DNA from: Deltaproteobacteria bacterium
Lineage (GTDB): Bacteria; Myxococcota_A; Polyangia; Fen-1088
Assembly (NCBI GenBank): GCA_033763315.1
Contig: JANRKS010000016.1
Span: forward strand, 96,001 to 160,000
Length of the DNA: 64,000 nt
Direction of reading: 5' to 3'
Part shown: positions 17,550-27,093 of the stretch, in pieces
Layout of the letters: every line of letters begins with the position of its first letter
How positions within the stretch are numbered: position 1 is the first letter of the stretch
Translations under genes and position numbers: made by a program
The notes under the pieces: generated by a model
What the model saw: the letters and a program-made list of their open reading frames with translations, nothing else
Databases searched by the model: none
Told to the model about the DNA's origin: nothing

Positions 17550-17963
17550 ATGAAAGACCAACACCCCAATTTCATTCAAAGCTATTTCCACGGCACCAAA
17601 TGCAATCTAAGCATCGGAGATCTTATCGTCCCCGGACACAATGCCAATTACGGTGAACGGAAGGCGAAATTCGTGTATGCATCGTCGAATTTGAATGTGG
17701 CGATATGGGGAGCAGAGCTGGCCGTTGGCGATGGGCCCGGTAGGGTTTACGTTGTTGAACCCTTGGATACGATTGAGAACGATCCCAATCTCACCGACAA
17801 AAAGTTTCCCGGAAATCCCACGAACTCATTTCGATCAAGGGAAGGCTTCAGGGTGGTTGCTGAAGTAAAGGATTGGCAGGGACACCCTCCTGACGAAATC
17901 AAAGCCGCTAGAGAAAAAGTCGACCTGGCTTTGACGAACGGTGCTCCAATCATTGAAGACTAG
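17550..17963 (+). CDS. arr: NAD(+)-rifampin ADP-ribosyltransferase
   Basis: FHGTK..L..GDL, VY, AIWGAELA.G.G..RVYVVEP...ENDPNLTDKKFPGNPT.S.RS, WQGH. Confidence 0.92.
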   Translation: MKDQHPNFIQSYFHGTKCNLSIGDLIVPGHNANYGERKAKFVYASSNLNVAIWGAELAVGDGPGRVYVVEPLDTIENDPNLTDKKFPGNPTNSFRSREGFRVVAEVKDWQGHPPDEIKAAREKVDLALTNGAPIIED

Positions 17964-18286
17964 AAGCGCGTACACTCATCGAGTATTGGTTGGTGCAAGT
18001 CGTTTAGCGCCGCCCAAGCGATCGTTTCCGATTTTTGAACTACGACTAGGTGGAGGTGGTCGTTGATGATGCGGCCCAAGCCTCCGTTGGCGGCACACGC
18101 GATCTCTCACGTCGTACGTATGAGCTACGCTTTATTCCCTGCGTTTTTATACTTCCGTAAGCCGATAAAATTCGCCGGCTGTCTCACTCTTGTCGCTTGA
18201 CGATGGCCCTAGCAAAGTGATGTCATGCGCTGGCGCAGATGGTTCATCACGTGCTGCGAAGGTTCTTGTGACGACGGAGGTTCACC

Positions 18287-19396
18287 ATGATTCGTGTTGC
18301 AACGTTCAATGTAGAGAACTTGTTTTGTCGGCCTCTAGCCATGGACTTGGATGACTGGAGCGAGGGACAACCGGCCATTGATGCGGCGGCGCAGTTGAAC
18401 AGCCTGTTCAATCAGCCGATCTACTCGGATGCCGACAAGAAAACCATGTTGGCCCTACTGGAACAATGGGGGCTGCTTTCTTCGAGGCCCAACAACAGGT
18501 TCCTCGAGTTTCGTAAGATCCGTGGTGACCTGTTTCGCCTGCCAAGCGATGAACCGCCGGAAATTGTTGCGAACGGGCGCGCGAGCTGGGTCGGTTGGGT
18601 CGAGCTCAAGGAAGCGCCCGTCAATGACGAAGCGATCAAGAACACGGCACGCGTGATCTCCGAGGTTAATGCCGACATAATTTGTCTTGTTGAAGTCGAC
18701 AGCCGCATTGCGCTCCAGCGATTTTACGATGCCTTCATCGTGCCGCTGCAAACGAAGAGTGGCCAGAAGCCGTACCCGTACAACATGGCAATTGATGGCA
18801 ACGATCAGCGCGGCATCGACGTTGCAATTCTGAGTCGCTACCCGATCACTTCGATGCGGTCACACATTGATGCCGAAATCGACGGCAAAAAGGTCTTCAG
18901 CCGTGACTGCCCCGAGTATTACGTTCAGTTGCCATCCGGCGAAGAACTCGTGCTACTCCCCAACCATTTCGCGAGTAAAGGCAGCGATGTTTACGGCGAG
19001 CGGCGCCGGGTTCAAAGCAAAGCAGTTGCCGAGATTTATGAGGCTGTCAGAGAGACCCATGAGCAAGTGATCATCGCCGGGGATTTAAACGATCATCCAG
19101 CTGGCGAATCGCTCGACGACCTACTCAAACACCCCGAATTGGTGGATGTCATGGCCATGCCTCAGTACAAGCAAACGGATCTTCCGGGCACGTACAAAAC
19201 AGGCACAGCGGCTCAGAAACTTGACTACCTCTTGCTCTCGCCGCATTTACAAAAGCGGGTCAAAGCCGTCGAGGTCTTCCGCAAAGGCTCTTACGCGCCC
19301 CAGAAGTGGGCCTCCTTCGAGAACATCAATAAGGACACCCGCTATCGATACCAGGCCTCCGATCATCAATGCGTGTGGGCCGATCTAGACATCTAG
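18287..19396 (+). CDS. Endonuclease/exonuclease/phosphatase family protein
   Basis: ATFNVENLF, LVEV, GNDQRGIDV, NHF.SK, AGDLND, LDYLL, SDH. Confidence 0.9.
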   Translation: MIRVATFNVENLFCRPLAMDLDDWSEGQPAIDAAAQLNSLFNQPIYSDADKKTMLALLEQWGLLSSRPNNRFLEFRKIRGDLFRLPSDEPPEIVANGRASWVGWVELKEAPVNDEAIKNTARVISEVNADIICLVEVDSRIALQRFYDAFIVPLQTKSGQKPYPYNMAIDGNDQRGIDVAILSRYPITSMRSHIDAEIDGKKVFSRDCPEYYVQLPSGEELVLLPNHFASKGSDVYGERRRVQSKAVAEIYEAVRETHEQVIIAGDLNDHPAGESLDDLLKHPELVDVMAMPQYKQTDLPGTYKTGTAAQKLDYLLLSPHLQKRVKAVEVFRKGSYAPQKWASFENINKDTRYRYQASDHQCVWADLDI

Positions 19397-19483
19397 CTCC
19401 GTGAAGCGGTTTGGTGTCGGCAGCGAGCGAAATCAAGCAATGCTGCCGCGCCTTCTTCTCAGATACGTGAGAAAATCCCAGTC

Positions 19484-19843
19484 GTGGATCTGTTCACGAT
19501 TTACGGACTCGGACCGCTTTTTGTTCTCGTCAGTCTGCCCCTGGCGCTGGGCAAGATTCCCCCAAATGGCCTTTACGGAATCCGGCTGCCTTCGATCATG
19601 GAAGACCCGGCGTTATGGTATCCCGTCAACCGGGGCGTTGGCCGTGAGATGGTCTACCTTGGTGTTGCACAAACCGTCGTCATGCTGACCATTGGTTTGG
19701 GCGCCTCACGATGGGGAGTGCCACAAAGGACGGTGGTGAACATTGGTGCCGGGCTTGCCCTCGTCTTTACCCTCTGCCTCGTTGTGCGCTCCCTGCAGTG
19801 GAGTCGCAAAGTGCGTGCTGCACACCGCGATGATTCTGTTTGA
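19484..19843 (+). CDS. SdpI-family membrane protein
   Basis: GKIPPNGLYGIR.......W...NR..G between TM helices. Confidence 0.75.
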   Translation: MDLFTIYGLGPLFVLVSLPLALGKIPPNGLYGIRLPSIMEDPALWYPVNRGVGREMVYLGVAQTVVMLTIGLGASRWGVPQRTVVNIGAGLALVFTLCLVVRSLQWSRKVRAAHRDDSV

Positions 19844-20181
19844 TGGTCATCCAGCACGCGGAGCACGGAGTGGTTTCGTTCTGGAGGTATCCACAAGGCG
19901 CCGTCGTGACGTCGTGCTTGCTCGTTGCGGCTGAGGCGGTGGTCCTTTGGTTGATCATGTGTAGGTCGCGAACACCGCGGCTTTGGCGGCGGTCTCTGAT
20001 TTGCGTTATGTTGACAGTGCCAGCCGCCCTGATCGCAATGATGCTGCTCATGCATGCACCGCCACATTTCGGTTACCATGCCATCTGGCTTGCTAACGTC
20101 GCGGCCCTGTCGCTCGCAACCTTTCTTCTCACCGGCATCGCCCGTTTGTGTCTTTGGGTCGGCGGCAGGTCGCGTCCTTAG
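19840..20181 (+). CDS. Small membrane protein
   Basis: Three hydrophobic helices; overlaps the previous stop. Confidence 0.5.
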   Translation: MMVIQHAEHGVVSFWRYPQGAVVTSCLLVAAEAVVLWLIMCRSRTPRLWRRSLICVMLTVPAALIAMMLLMHAPPHFGYHAIWLANVAALSLATFLLTGIARLCLWVGGRSRP

Positions 20182-20251
20182 CGGACGGATGCAACGCAGT
20201 CGCCCTCCTCGTACCACGCTCGTGCTATCGTGTTCCTCAAGCGAAGCTGTC

Positions 20252-20566
20252 ATGTACGTTTTCATCCGAGCGAACAACCCACGCCCAACTTTCCTTGTAG
20301 ACATGACAACTGAGGAGCGCGCAGCAATGCAACGGCACGTTGCGTATTGGACTGAAAAGGCTGCGCAGGGCATCGCCATTGTATTCGGTCCGGTCGCTGA
20401 TCCCAAAGGGGTGTGGGGGATGGGGGTCTATCGAGTAGACGATCTTGCGCATATGCAGCGCATGCTTGATGCGGATCCGGCCCGCCACATTCTGACCTAC
20501 GATGCCTTCGAAATGCCTCGTGGTGTTCTGGGCCCCGGTGAGCCGGGCGTACACCCCTTTCCCTGA
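20252..20566 (+). CDS. YCII-related domain protein
   Basis: PRPTF..DMT.EERA.MQ.H..YW..GPVADP.G.WG..DP. Confidence 0.8.
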   Translation: MYVFIRANNPRPTFLVDMTTEERAAMQRHVAYWTEKAAQGIAIVFGPVADPKGVWGMGVYRVDDLAHMQRMLDADPARHILTYDAFEMPRGVLGPGEPGVHPFP

Positions 20567-20611
20567 CCGCGGTCGTCGCACGCGCGGTTCTTCTTGCTGG
20601 CTTCCCTTTGT

Positions 20612-20866
20612 GCGAGAGCAGCAAGGGAGTAATCCACGACGTGGTGGTCTGAGTAATCGGAAAAATGTCGACCCCGTATTCATCCACTTGGAGCAGTGGG
20701 GTGTCGTTGTATGGGAATGGTCTTTGCGCCAGCACGCCGCTGTTTAGATAGACGTCCACGTTTTATCGCGCAGGCCGCGCTGAATCGACCGGGAAAGTGA
20801 CCCGTCCCCAAGGGTCGAGCCCGGAGGCCAAAGCCACATTCGGCGATGGCAGTTGCTACAACCGCG
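20612..20866 (-). repeat. Internally deleted copy of the 12779-14293 region
   Basis: 20612-20835 matches 12779-13002 with scattered substitutions and joins directly to a match of 14265-14293. Confidence 0.88.
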
Positions 20867-20869
20867 CAA

Positions 20870-21170
20870 ACGTCGGTATGCAAAAGCGCTTGCGGTATGC
20901 CCCCGGCGCCATGCCTGTGATGCGCTTGAACAGACGGCGGAAAAAGGCGGCGTCCTCGTAGCCGACGCGCCAACTGATCTCGTCGATGGGCGCATCGGTG
21001 CGTTCAAGACGGCGTTTGGCGTCTTCGATTCGCAGGCGTTGCACATAGTCGGTGGGCGCAGACCCGTGGCGGCCGGGAAGCGACGTTTGAAGGTGCGCTC
21101 TGCAAGCTTCGAACGCTTGATCATTTCTTCAACTGGGTGCGCCATGGCGTAGTTCTTACTGAGCCGATGG
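20870..21170 (-). pseudogene. GlxA/AraC-family regulator C-terminal fragment, frameshifted
   Basis: PVEEMI..S.LAERTFKRRF..ATG / YVQRLRIEDAKRRLE..ISWRVGYEDAAFFRRLFKR.TG..PGAYR.RF. Confidence 0.8.
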
Positions 21171-21523
21171 CCGAATACAGATACAGATACCCATGTCGTA
21201 TCGGGCCTCCGTGAGGATCTACTGACCTCGGGCGCATCCACAACCTTACTACACAGGATCCAAGCTTATTTGCTGTGCCCACGCAATATCGGAAGGCGGT
21301 GAGCTGTTTTTAGGAAGGCAGGTTTTACTCACTTTCGGCGCACAGCCGAAACCCCGTTCAACTTGATCCTCGAAGCCCGGGTTTAAGGGTGGATCAAGGG
21401 CGGCACGCCCTTTGACATCGATGCGGCTTGGTCGATCCGGCTCTAAGCATCAGCGTCGAAGCCAAAAATATGTGAGCAGCGATCCCCTCGCCAGGACACT
21501 ACGGGGAGAGGACGAGGTCATAA

Positions 21524-21790
21524 GTGGAGTATACGGAGGCGGACCACACCGCAGACTTTCTCGACCGCGGCGCATTCGTCTCTCTCATTTGGCCTTGGGC
21601 CGTCGTCGCTTACTACTGTGCCCTCGAGGCACCAAAGGACCCGATCAAATGGGAATCTCCGCAGGCCCGCCAAGCAGTCCTAGACTGGTTAAGGCGCTAT
21701 GCCGGGGACGGAGGTCGGACCCTACGCTGGATCGAAGGACGGGAAAATGGCGAGCCGTTGTGGGTCCAAGCAACTTTGGATCTCCCATGA
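21524..21790 (+). CDS. Hypothetical protein
   Basis: ORF with GAGG RBS upstream; no recognisable motif. Confidence 0.4.
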   Translation: MEYTEADHTADFLDRGAFVSLIWPWAVVAYYCALEAPKDPIKWESPQARQAVLDWLRRYAGDGGRTLRWIEGRENGEPLWVQATLDLP

Positions 21791-21811
21791 TGAACCCCTG
21801 CTCCTGCTTGG

Positions 21812-22720
21812 TCATAGGCGCTTTGGGGCACGCTTGGGGTTCGGGGCAAGTGGATACATGGGTTCGATCAAAGTGGTAAGCCCGTCCAGAAAGACACGAA
21901 CTTTGGCAGGTAAGAACTGACGGCTGGGAAAAACCACATGCACATCGCTGCGTTTCGCGGGCGACGGACCAAAAAGCACCCGCAGCCGGCCACTGGCAAC
22001 CGCTTTGCGGCAGACGATCGAGGGCACAAGGGCCACACCGATCCCGGCAACGGCGGTTTCGCAGGCCACCTCCAGGTCGTTCACCAACAGCACGGGTTTG
22101 ATTTTGAATGTCTCTCCCTGAAGTTCCCAGGTCTCAGCGGCTCTGGTGCCGATGCAAGGCGCAGCCCTAAGTCCCGCCGCAGTCTTCACAACATGTTTGG
22201 CCAAGAACGCAGGGCTTGCCACATAATAGACGTGCCCGTCGCCCAGTTTTCGGGCGGTAAGCGTGGAGTCATCAAGCGGCCCGATACGAATCGCGAGGTC
22301 GACGCTCTCTTCAATCAGGTGAACGCGTCTATCGGCCAACATCAGGTCCACACTCGTCTTCGGGTGCCGTTGAAGAAACCGTGTGACCACAGGAGCAAGA
22401 TAACGGCGCCCGTATAGAACAGGGGCCGACACCCGCAACAAACCCACAGGTTCAGCTTGGCGTTGCTGCACCTCCAGGTTTGCCTCGTCAACCTGAGTGG
22501 CGATCGCGTCGCACCTTTTGAAATACACGGCTCCCGCTTCGGTCACGCGAAGCGTGCGAGTCGTCCGCTCGAGCAAGCGCACCCCCAGGCTTTCTTCAAG
22601 CTTGGCGATGCGTTCACTGGTCGACTGTTTGGTGATGCCCACAAGCTTTGCTGCGCGCGTAAAACTGCCTTCGCGCACAACAGCCGCAAACAACAACATA
22701 TCCGCGGGCGATGTCATCAT
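21812..22720 (-). CDS. LysR-family transcriptional regulator (CrgA-like)
   Basis: GSFTRAA..LE..LGVRLLERTTR.L..TEAG, GLLRVSAP, DLAIRIG. Confidence 0.95.
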   Translation of the reverse strand: MMTSPADMLLFAAVVREGSFTRAAKLVGITKQSTSERIAKLEESLGVRLLERTTRTLRVTEAGAVYFKRCDAIATQVDEANLEVQQRQAEPVGLLRVSAPVLYGRRYLAPVVTRFLQRHPKTSVDLMLADRRVHLIEESVDLAIRIGPLDDSTLTARKLGDGHVYYVASPAFLAKHVVKTAAGLRAAPCIGTRAAETWELQGETFKIKPVLLVNDLEVACETAVAGIGVALVPSIVCRKAVASGRLRVLFGPSPAKRSDVHVVFPSRQFLPAKVRVFLDGLTTLIEPMYPLAPNPKRAPKRL

Positions 22721-22865
22721 TGTCCATTTATACTGACAAACTGTCGTATCACACGCCATTGTCTGGGGACGGACTGGGGCACATGATTTGGCTCATGAAG
22801 AACGAAACTCGTGACAAGGGCTTCCCCGTTTTGCAAACGCGGACCGGCGCGATCTTAAGGAGGAT

Positions 22866-23720
22866 GTGATGGATAAGGTGCGATCCGTACGCGGTAGAAC
22901 CAGCGTTTCTCACAGCCGGATGTCACAGGGCTTCGACACCTACGGACTGCGCGGCATCCCAGGCTCTGCCATCGACCCGTTCTTGAACGTGGACGACTTC
23001 CGCATGTCCGAGCCAACATTTCCCCCGCACCCGCACGCGGGTTTTTCAGCCGTCACGTACATGTTCGAGGACTCGAAGGGATCGTTCGTCAACCGCGATA
23101 GTCTTGGCGACCGTAGCGTCATCGGGCCTGGGGCGTTCCATTGGACCCAAGCGGCCAGGGGCATGATGCACGAGGAGGTTCCACAGCTGCCTGGCATCGA
23201 GTGTCACGGTCTGCAGATCTTTGTGAACCTTCGCTCTGATCATAAACACGAACCACCGCGCGCGTTTCATCTGGAAGCCGCTGACATCCCGGTCGTTGCG
23301 CTTGGGAATGGCTCGCGTGCGCGCGTCTTAGCTGGCCGCGTGATGGGAACATCGTCGCCAATGACCGGCTTGCTCACACCGGTACTCCTACTTGACGTAC
23401 GCATCGCTGCTGGCGATCGGATTCGCATCCCCGTGGAACGCGATTGGAACTGCTTCGTGATGTCGATATCCGGCGCAGGTGAAACCGGGCCCGAGGCTGC
23501 CCGCCAGTCTCTACAAGCCCATGAGGCCCTCGGCTTTGGCGTTGATGGCGATGCTGTTGAACTTGTGGCCGGGGCCGCGGGGCTTCAGATCTTGCTTGGG
23601 GCCGGGCAACCCATCGGCGAGCCCGTCGTTTTTGGTGGGCCGTTCGCCATGACGAACGCGAATGACATCGCGGCTGCCCAGCAACGATACAGAAGGGGAG
23701 AGATGGGTCGACTGGTTTGA
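22866..23720 (+). CDS. Pirin family protein
   Basis: DPFL, FPPHPHAGF, W..A.RG.MHEE, GLQIFVNL, GPFAM. Confidence 0.93.
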   Translation: MMDKVRSVRGRTSVSHSRMSQGFDTYGLRGIPGSAIDPFLNVDDFRMSEPTFPPHPHAGFSAVTYMFEDSKGSFVNRDSLGDRSVIGPGAFHWTQAARGMMHEEVPQLPGIECHGLQIFVNLRSDHKHEPPRAFHLEAADIPVVALGNGSRARVLAGRVMGTSSPMTGLLTPVLLLDVRIAAGDRIRIPVERDWNCFVMSISGAGETGPEAARQSLQAHEALGFGVDGDAVELVAGAAGLQILLGAGQPIGEPVVFGGPFAMTNANDIAAAQQRYRRGEMGRLV

Positions 23721-24113
23721 AGGGGTGGCCCTAAGTCCAAGGGAACGCGCAACATCAACACTCCCTTGCTCAATAACAGTGACTGCCGGCGGGTAGGGGT
23801 TAGCGTCAGCGCGGGTTCGTTCTGGAGCGCCTTCGTAATTTGCGAGCGTCTCTAGAGCGTATCTAGGTATCGCTGTCGACTAAAGCGTTTCCGAAAGACT
23901 TGGACGCTGGTGTGCACATGCCCTCCGTCAACGCGCGCCAAACCCTGGTGACATTGCTGTCGATGCCCACCGCACCATGAAGTATGCTGACCTCGCAAAG
24001 CACCATGTAGATGGCACTAGCACGTCACTGATCGCCTGGCATTTCTGCCTTTGGATCAGTATGGTCGCTTCCACGGCCTCGTGTTTCGACAAAAGAATTC
24101 GTAGGATGCCGGC

Positions 24114-24464
24114 ATGCACACTATGAAGCGAGCCGGCCTATGCATGCTGACAGTCTTGCTGTTGGCGAACTGCGGTCGTTCAAAGCAGATCGTTCAGGTC
24201 GATGGCATCAGCATTTATTTGGCGGAGTGGGAGAAGACAAAGTCCGAACTTGCAAGTCGAATGAGGTTCGACGCCAATTGTGCAAGCCCAAATTTGCGTT
24301 ACACCCTGTTTGCAAAATCGTATCGCTATCCCACTGAAGTTGGTGTTGCTGGATGTGGCAAGAAGGTCGTATACATCCGCGAATACATCGGCAGAATGAA
24401 CCTGTATCTCACACCCTGGTATGCAAACACTGTCACGCAAGGCGTGTCATCGTCCCCGCGTTGA
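24114..24464 (+). CDS. Small putative lipoprotein
   Basis: LLLANCG lipobox; FD..C..GV.GCG...VY. Confidence 0.55.
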   Translation: MHTMKRAGLCMLTVLLLANCGRSKQIVQVDGISIYLAEWEKTKSELASRMRFDANCASPNLRYTLFAKSYRYPTEVGVAGCGKKVVYIREYIGRMNLYLTPWYANTVTQGVSSSPR

Positions 24465-24489
24465 CTGGCGTGGTTGACTTGGCGCAACC

Positions 24490-26856
24490 GTGAAGCGTTC
24501 GCGAAGATACAACGCCTGTAAATTCGGAAACGAAAAGGTGGCGCGACGCTGGTGTTTAGCCATTTTGGCTTATTGCCTTTGCGGGTTGTGGGGCCCGCAC
24601 GTCTTTGCCCAGGCCGCCTCACCTGCAAGCCAGCCACGGCCGCAAACGCGCGCGCTGCGTGTGGCTGAAGGGGCCATCACCGTTGATGGCAGGCTCACGG
24701 AACCCGCGTGGGCTCTCGTGCCGGCGGCCAGTGGATTTCGCCAGCGCGAGCCCTTCGATGGGCCGCCAGCCACTGAAGACACGCAGGTGCAGGTGGCCTA
24801 CGATGACGCCAACCTTTACATCGGCATCCGCGCCCACGATCGCTTCGCCGAACACATTGTGTCGCGCATTCGCGAGCGTGATCAAGTGATGGTGGATCGG
24901 GGCGAAGCGTTTGGCTTTGCCAGCGATGATGCGGTGGCCGTGTTGCTTGATCCGTTTTTGGATGGGCGCAACGCCATGTTGTTCGCCACGAACCCCAACG
25001 GCGCTGAATTCGATGCACTGATCACAGATGAATCGGGCAGCTTCAACCAGAATTGGCGAACCGTGTTCAGCGTGGCCGCCACACGCGATGACGGCGGTTA
25101 TAGCGTTGAGTTTGCCATCCCCTTTCGATCGCTTCGCTATCCCGCCAACAGCGGGCCGCAAACGTGGGGATTCAATGTGGCGCGCGTGGTGCGGCGGCTG
25201 CATGAAGAAACGCTTTGGTCGGCGTGGTCACGCGTGGATGGGGGCCTGGCGCGTGTGAGCCGTGCCGGCACGCTGCAAGGCCTGGAAGCCCTGCCCCGCT
25301 TTCCAATCAATCTTGAAGTGAAGCCTTACGCGCTGCTGGGGCGGGACCAAGCGCGGGCCGACGCAGACGCACAGCTTGTGGGCAACACGCAAACGCAAGT
25401 GGGCCTTGATGCCAAATGGGAAGCCAAACCGGGCCTTGTGCTGGATGCCACCGTCAATCCGGATTTTTCGCAAGCCGAGCTCGATCAGCTGCGCGTGAAC
25501 TTGTCGCGCTTTGCACTGTTCTATCCCGAGAAGCGCGAGTTCTTTCTTGAAAACGCAGGCGTGTTTGATTTTGGAACGTACGGCTACTACGACGAAGCCC
25601 CGCCCTATTTGATGTTTTTTTCTCGTCGCATTGGAGCGGCCGATCCAGAAACGGGCCAGGGGCCTACGCCTGTGCGTGGGGGTTTGCGGCTTTCGGGCCG
25701 CGTGGGACAGCAAACCGTGGGCGCGATGACCATGGTTACCCAAGGCAGTGTGGCAGGGCAACCATCACAACCATTGACGAATCACGCGGTTCTGCGGTGG
25801 AAACGGGATGTGACCACGAAGCGCGGCAATGGCTATGTGGGCTTCATGCTCACGGACACGCGTGCGCCATGGGAGTCTGCTCCCAACGACGCGCAAGCTC
25901 TCTCGGCCGCTTCCACATCCTTGGGCATCGATGGTGGCGCATTCTTTGGAGATTCAACGCGCCTCTCGTCGTTTTACGCGCGCAATGTGGTGATCAACGA
26001 ACAAGGGTTGCAGGGGGCCACGCAAGCCTTGGACGCAGCCAACGATGCCTACCGCGTGGCGGTTGAACACGATGATGGACGCTGGAAACTTTTGGCTGAA
26101 GCCACAACGTTGGGCAGCCGTGTGCGTGCCGGATCCGGCTTTGTGCCGCGGCCTGATATGCGGAGGTTCGCCGCTTACGGTGGCCCCACGTTTCGCCCCC
26201 GTGTGCTTGGTTTGCGTAAGCTGACGATCGCAGCTGGCCCTTGGGTGCTTACTGGCCACGATTGGCGCAAACAAGATCTGTGGGTGGGTGGCGACTTGAC
26301 GTTGGAATGGAACTCGAACGACACCTTCACCTTGACCGGCGCTCTGGGCCACAACGTGGCCGACGCCCCTTGGCTTGTTTCAGCGCGCGTCGGCGTGCCA
26401 GCCGGCGACTATGATTACAAGCAATCGCAGGTGGTTTTTGCCTCTAACCCTAGCCGCCGGCTTTCGGTGGTGTTGTTGAACAACGTGGAATGGATGTGGG
26501 GCGGGCGCTTTTGGCAGGCAAGTGCGGGCGTTAACGTTGTGTGGGGCGGGCGCCTAAGCACCGGCGCTTCGGTCACGCGTGTTGATGTGGACGTCCCTGC
26601 AGGCAAGCTGCTTTCCTACGTCAACGAATTGCGCGTAAGCCTGCCCTTGACCACACGCTGGGTGTTTTCCTTTTATGGCCAGCACCGCCAGCTTGACGAT
26701 CGCATTGCGCTTTACGGTCGCATGGTTTACACGTGGCGACCCGGCAGCGATGTGTTTCTTGTTGTGGCTGATGAACGCGGCTTCGATGGCGTGCCTGGAC
26801 GGTTGGCACAACAGAATCTGGTGGCGAAGATAAGTTACTTGGCACGCTTGTTTTGA
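24490..26856 (+). CDS. CBM9-like/DUF5916 outer-membrane-associated protein
   Basis: VDGRL.E..W, YDDANLYIG, WGFN, TVNPDFSQ.E.D, NLSRF.LFYPEKREFFLE; C-terminal Phe. Confidence 0.85.
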   Translation: MKRSRRYNACKFGNEKVARRWCLAILAYCLCGLWGPHVFAQAASPASQPRPQTRALRVAEGAITVDGRLTEPAWALVPAASGFRQREPFDGPPATEDTQVQVAYDDANLYIGIRAHDRFAEHIVSRIRERDQVMVDRGEAFGFASDDAVAVLLDPFLDGRNAMLFATNPNGAEFDALITDESGSFNQNWRTVFSVAATRDDGGYSVEFAIPFRSLRYPANSGPQTWGFNVARVVRRLHEETLWSAWSRVDGGLARVSRAGTLQGLEALPRFPINLEVKPYALLGRDQARADADAQLVGNTQTQVGLDAKWEAKPGLVLDATVNPDFSQAELDQLRVNLSRFALFYPEKREFFLENAGVFDFGTYGYYDEAPPYLMFFSRRIGAADPETGQGPTPVRGGLRLSGRVGQQTVGAMTMVTQGSVAGQPSQPLTNHAVLRWKRDVTTKRGNGYVGFMLTDTRAPWESAPNDAQALSAASTSLGIDGGAFFGDSTRLSSFYARNVVINEQGLQGATQALDAANDAYRVAVEHDDGRWKLLAEATTLGSRVRAGSGFVPRPDMRRFAAYGGPTFRPRVLGLRKLTIAAGPWVLTGHDWRKQDLWVGGDLTLEWNSNDTFTLTGALGHNVADAPWLVSARVGVPAGDYDYKQSQVVFASNPSRRLSVVLLNNVEWMWGGRFWQASAGVNVVWGGRLSTGASVTRVDVDVPAGKLLSYVNELRVSLPLTTRWVFSFYGQHRQLDDRIALYGRMVYTWRPGSDVFLVVADERGFDGVPGRLAQQNLVAKISYLARLF

Positions 26857-27093
26857 TCCCGCTCATACCGCGCCTAAAACGATCGATCTTGCATCGGCGC
26901 AACTCGCTCTTCTTTCGTACACAGCATGGTGCTCACCTGGGCGACGCTTGCCCATGGGACACTGCCGTCGTTGTGGTGGGGGCCGTCGTTCGAATATCGA
27001 AAGATCAAAAAGGCGTGCGACAAGCCGGCGAGCGCGCGTCATCGGGGGAGTGGGCAGATGGTTCTGCCCGAGACTTCGATAAGGGATACTCAG

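Larger units (their letters stand above)
1288..20566 (+). mobile_element. Integron-type gene cassette array without adjacent integrase (CALIN-like); distal limit uncertain
   Basis: Short + strand ORFs separated by recurring ~130-bp imperfect palindromes bounded by RYYYAAC...GTTRRRY. Each cassette's 5' GTTRRRY matches the inverse core at its 3' end (GTTGTGC/GCACAAC, GTTAGCC/GGCTAAC, GTTATGC/GCATAAC). Confidence 0.9.

Noticed and set aside
21363-21400. Inverted repeat CTTGATCC..GGATCAAG as a possible IS end
   Set aside because: No transposase or second end nearby; too short to assign.
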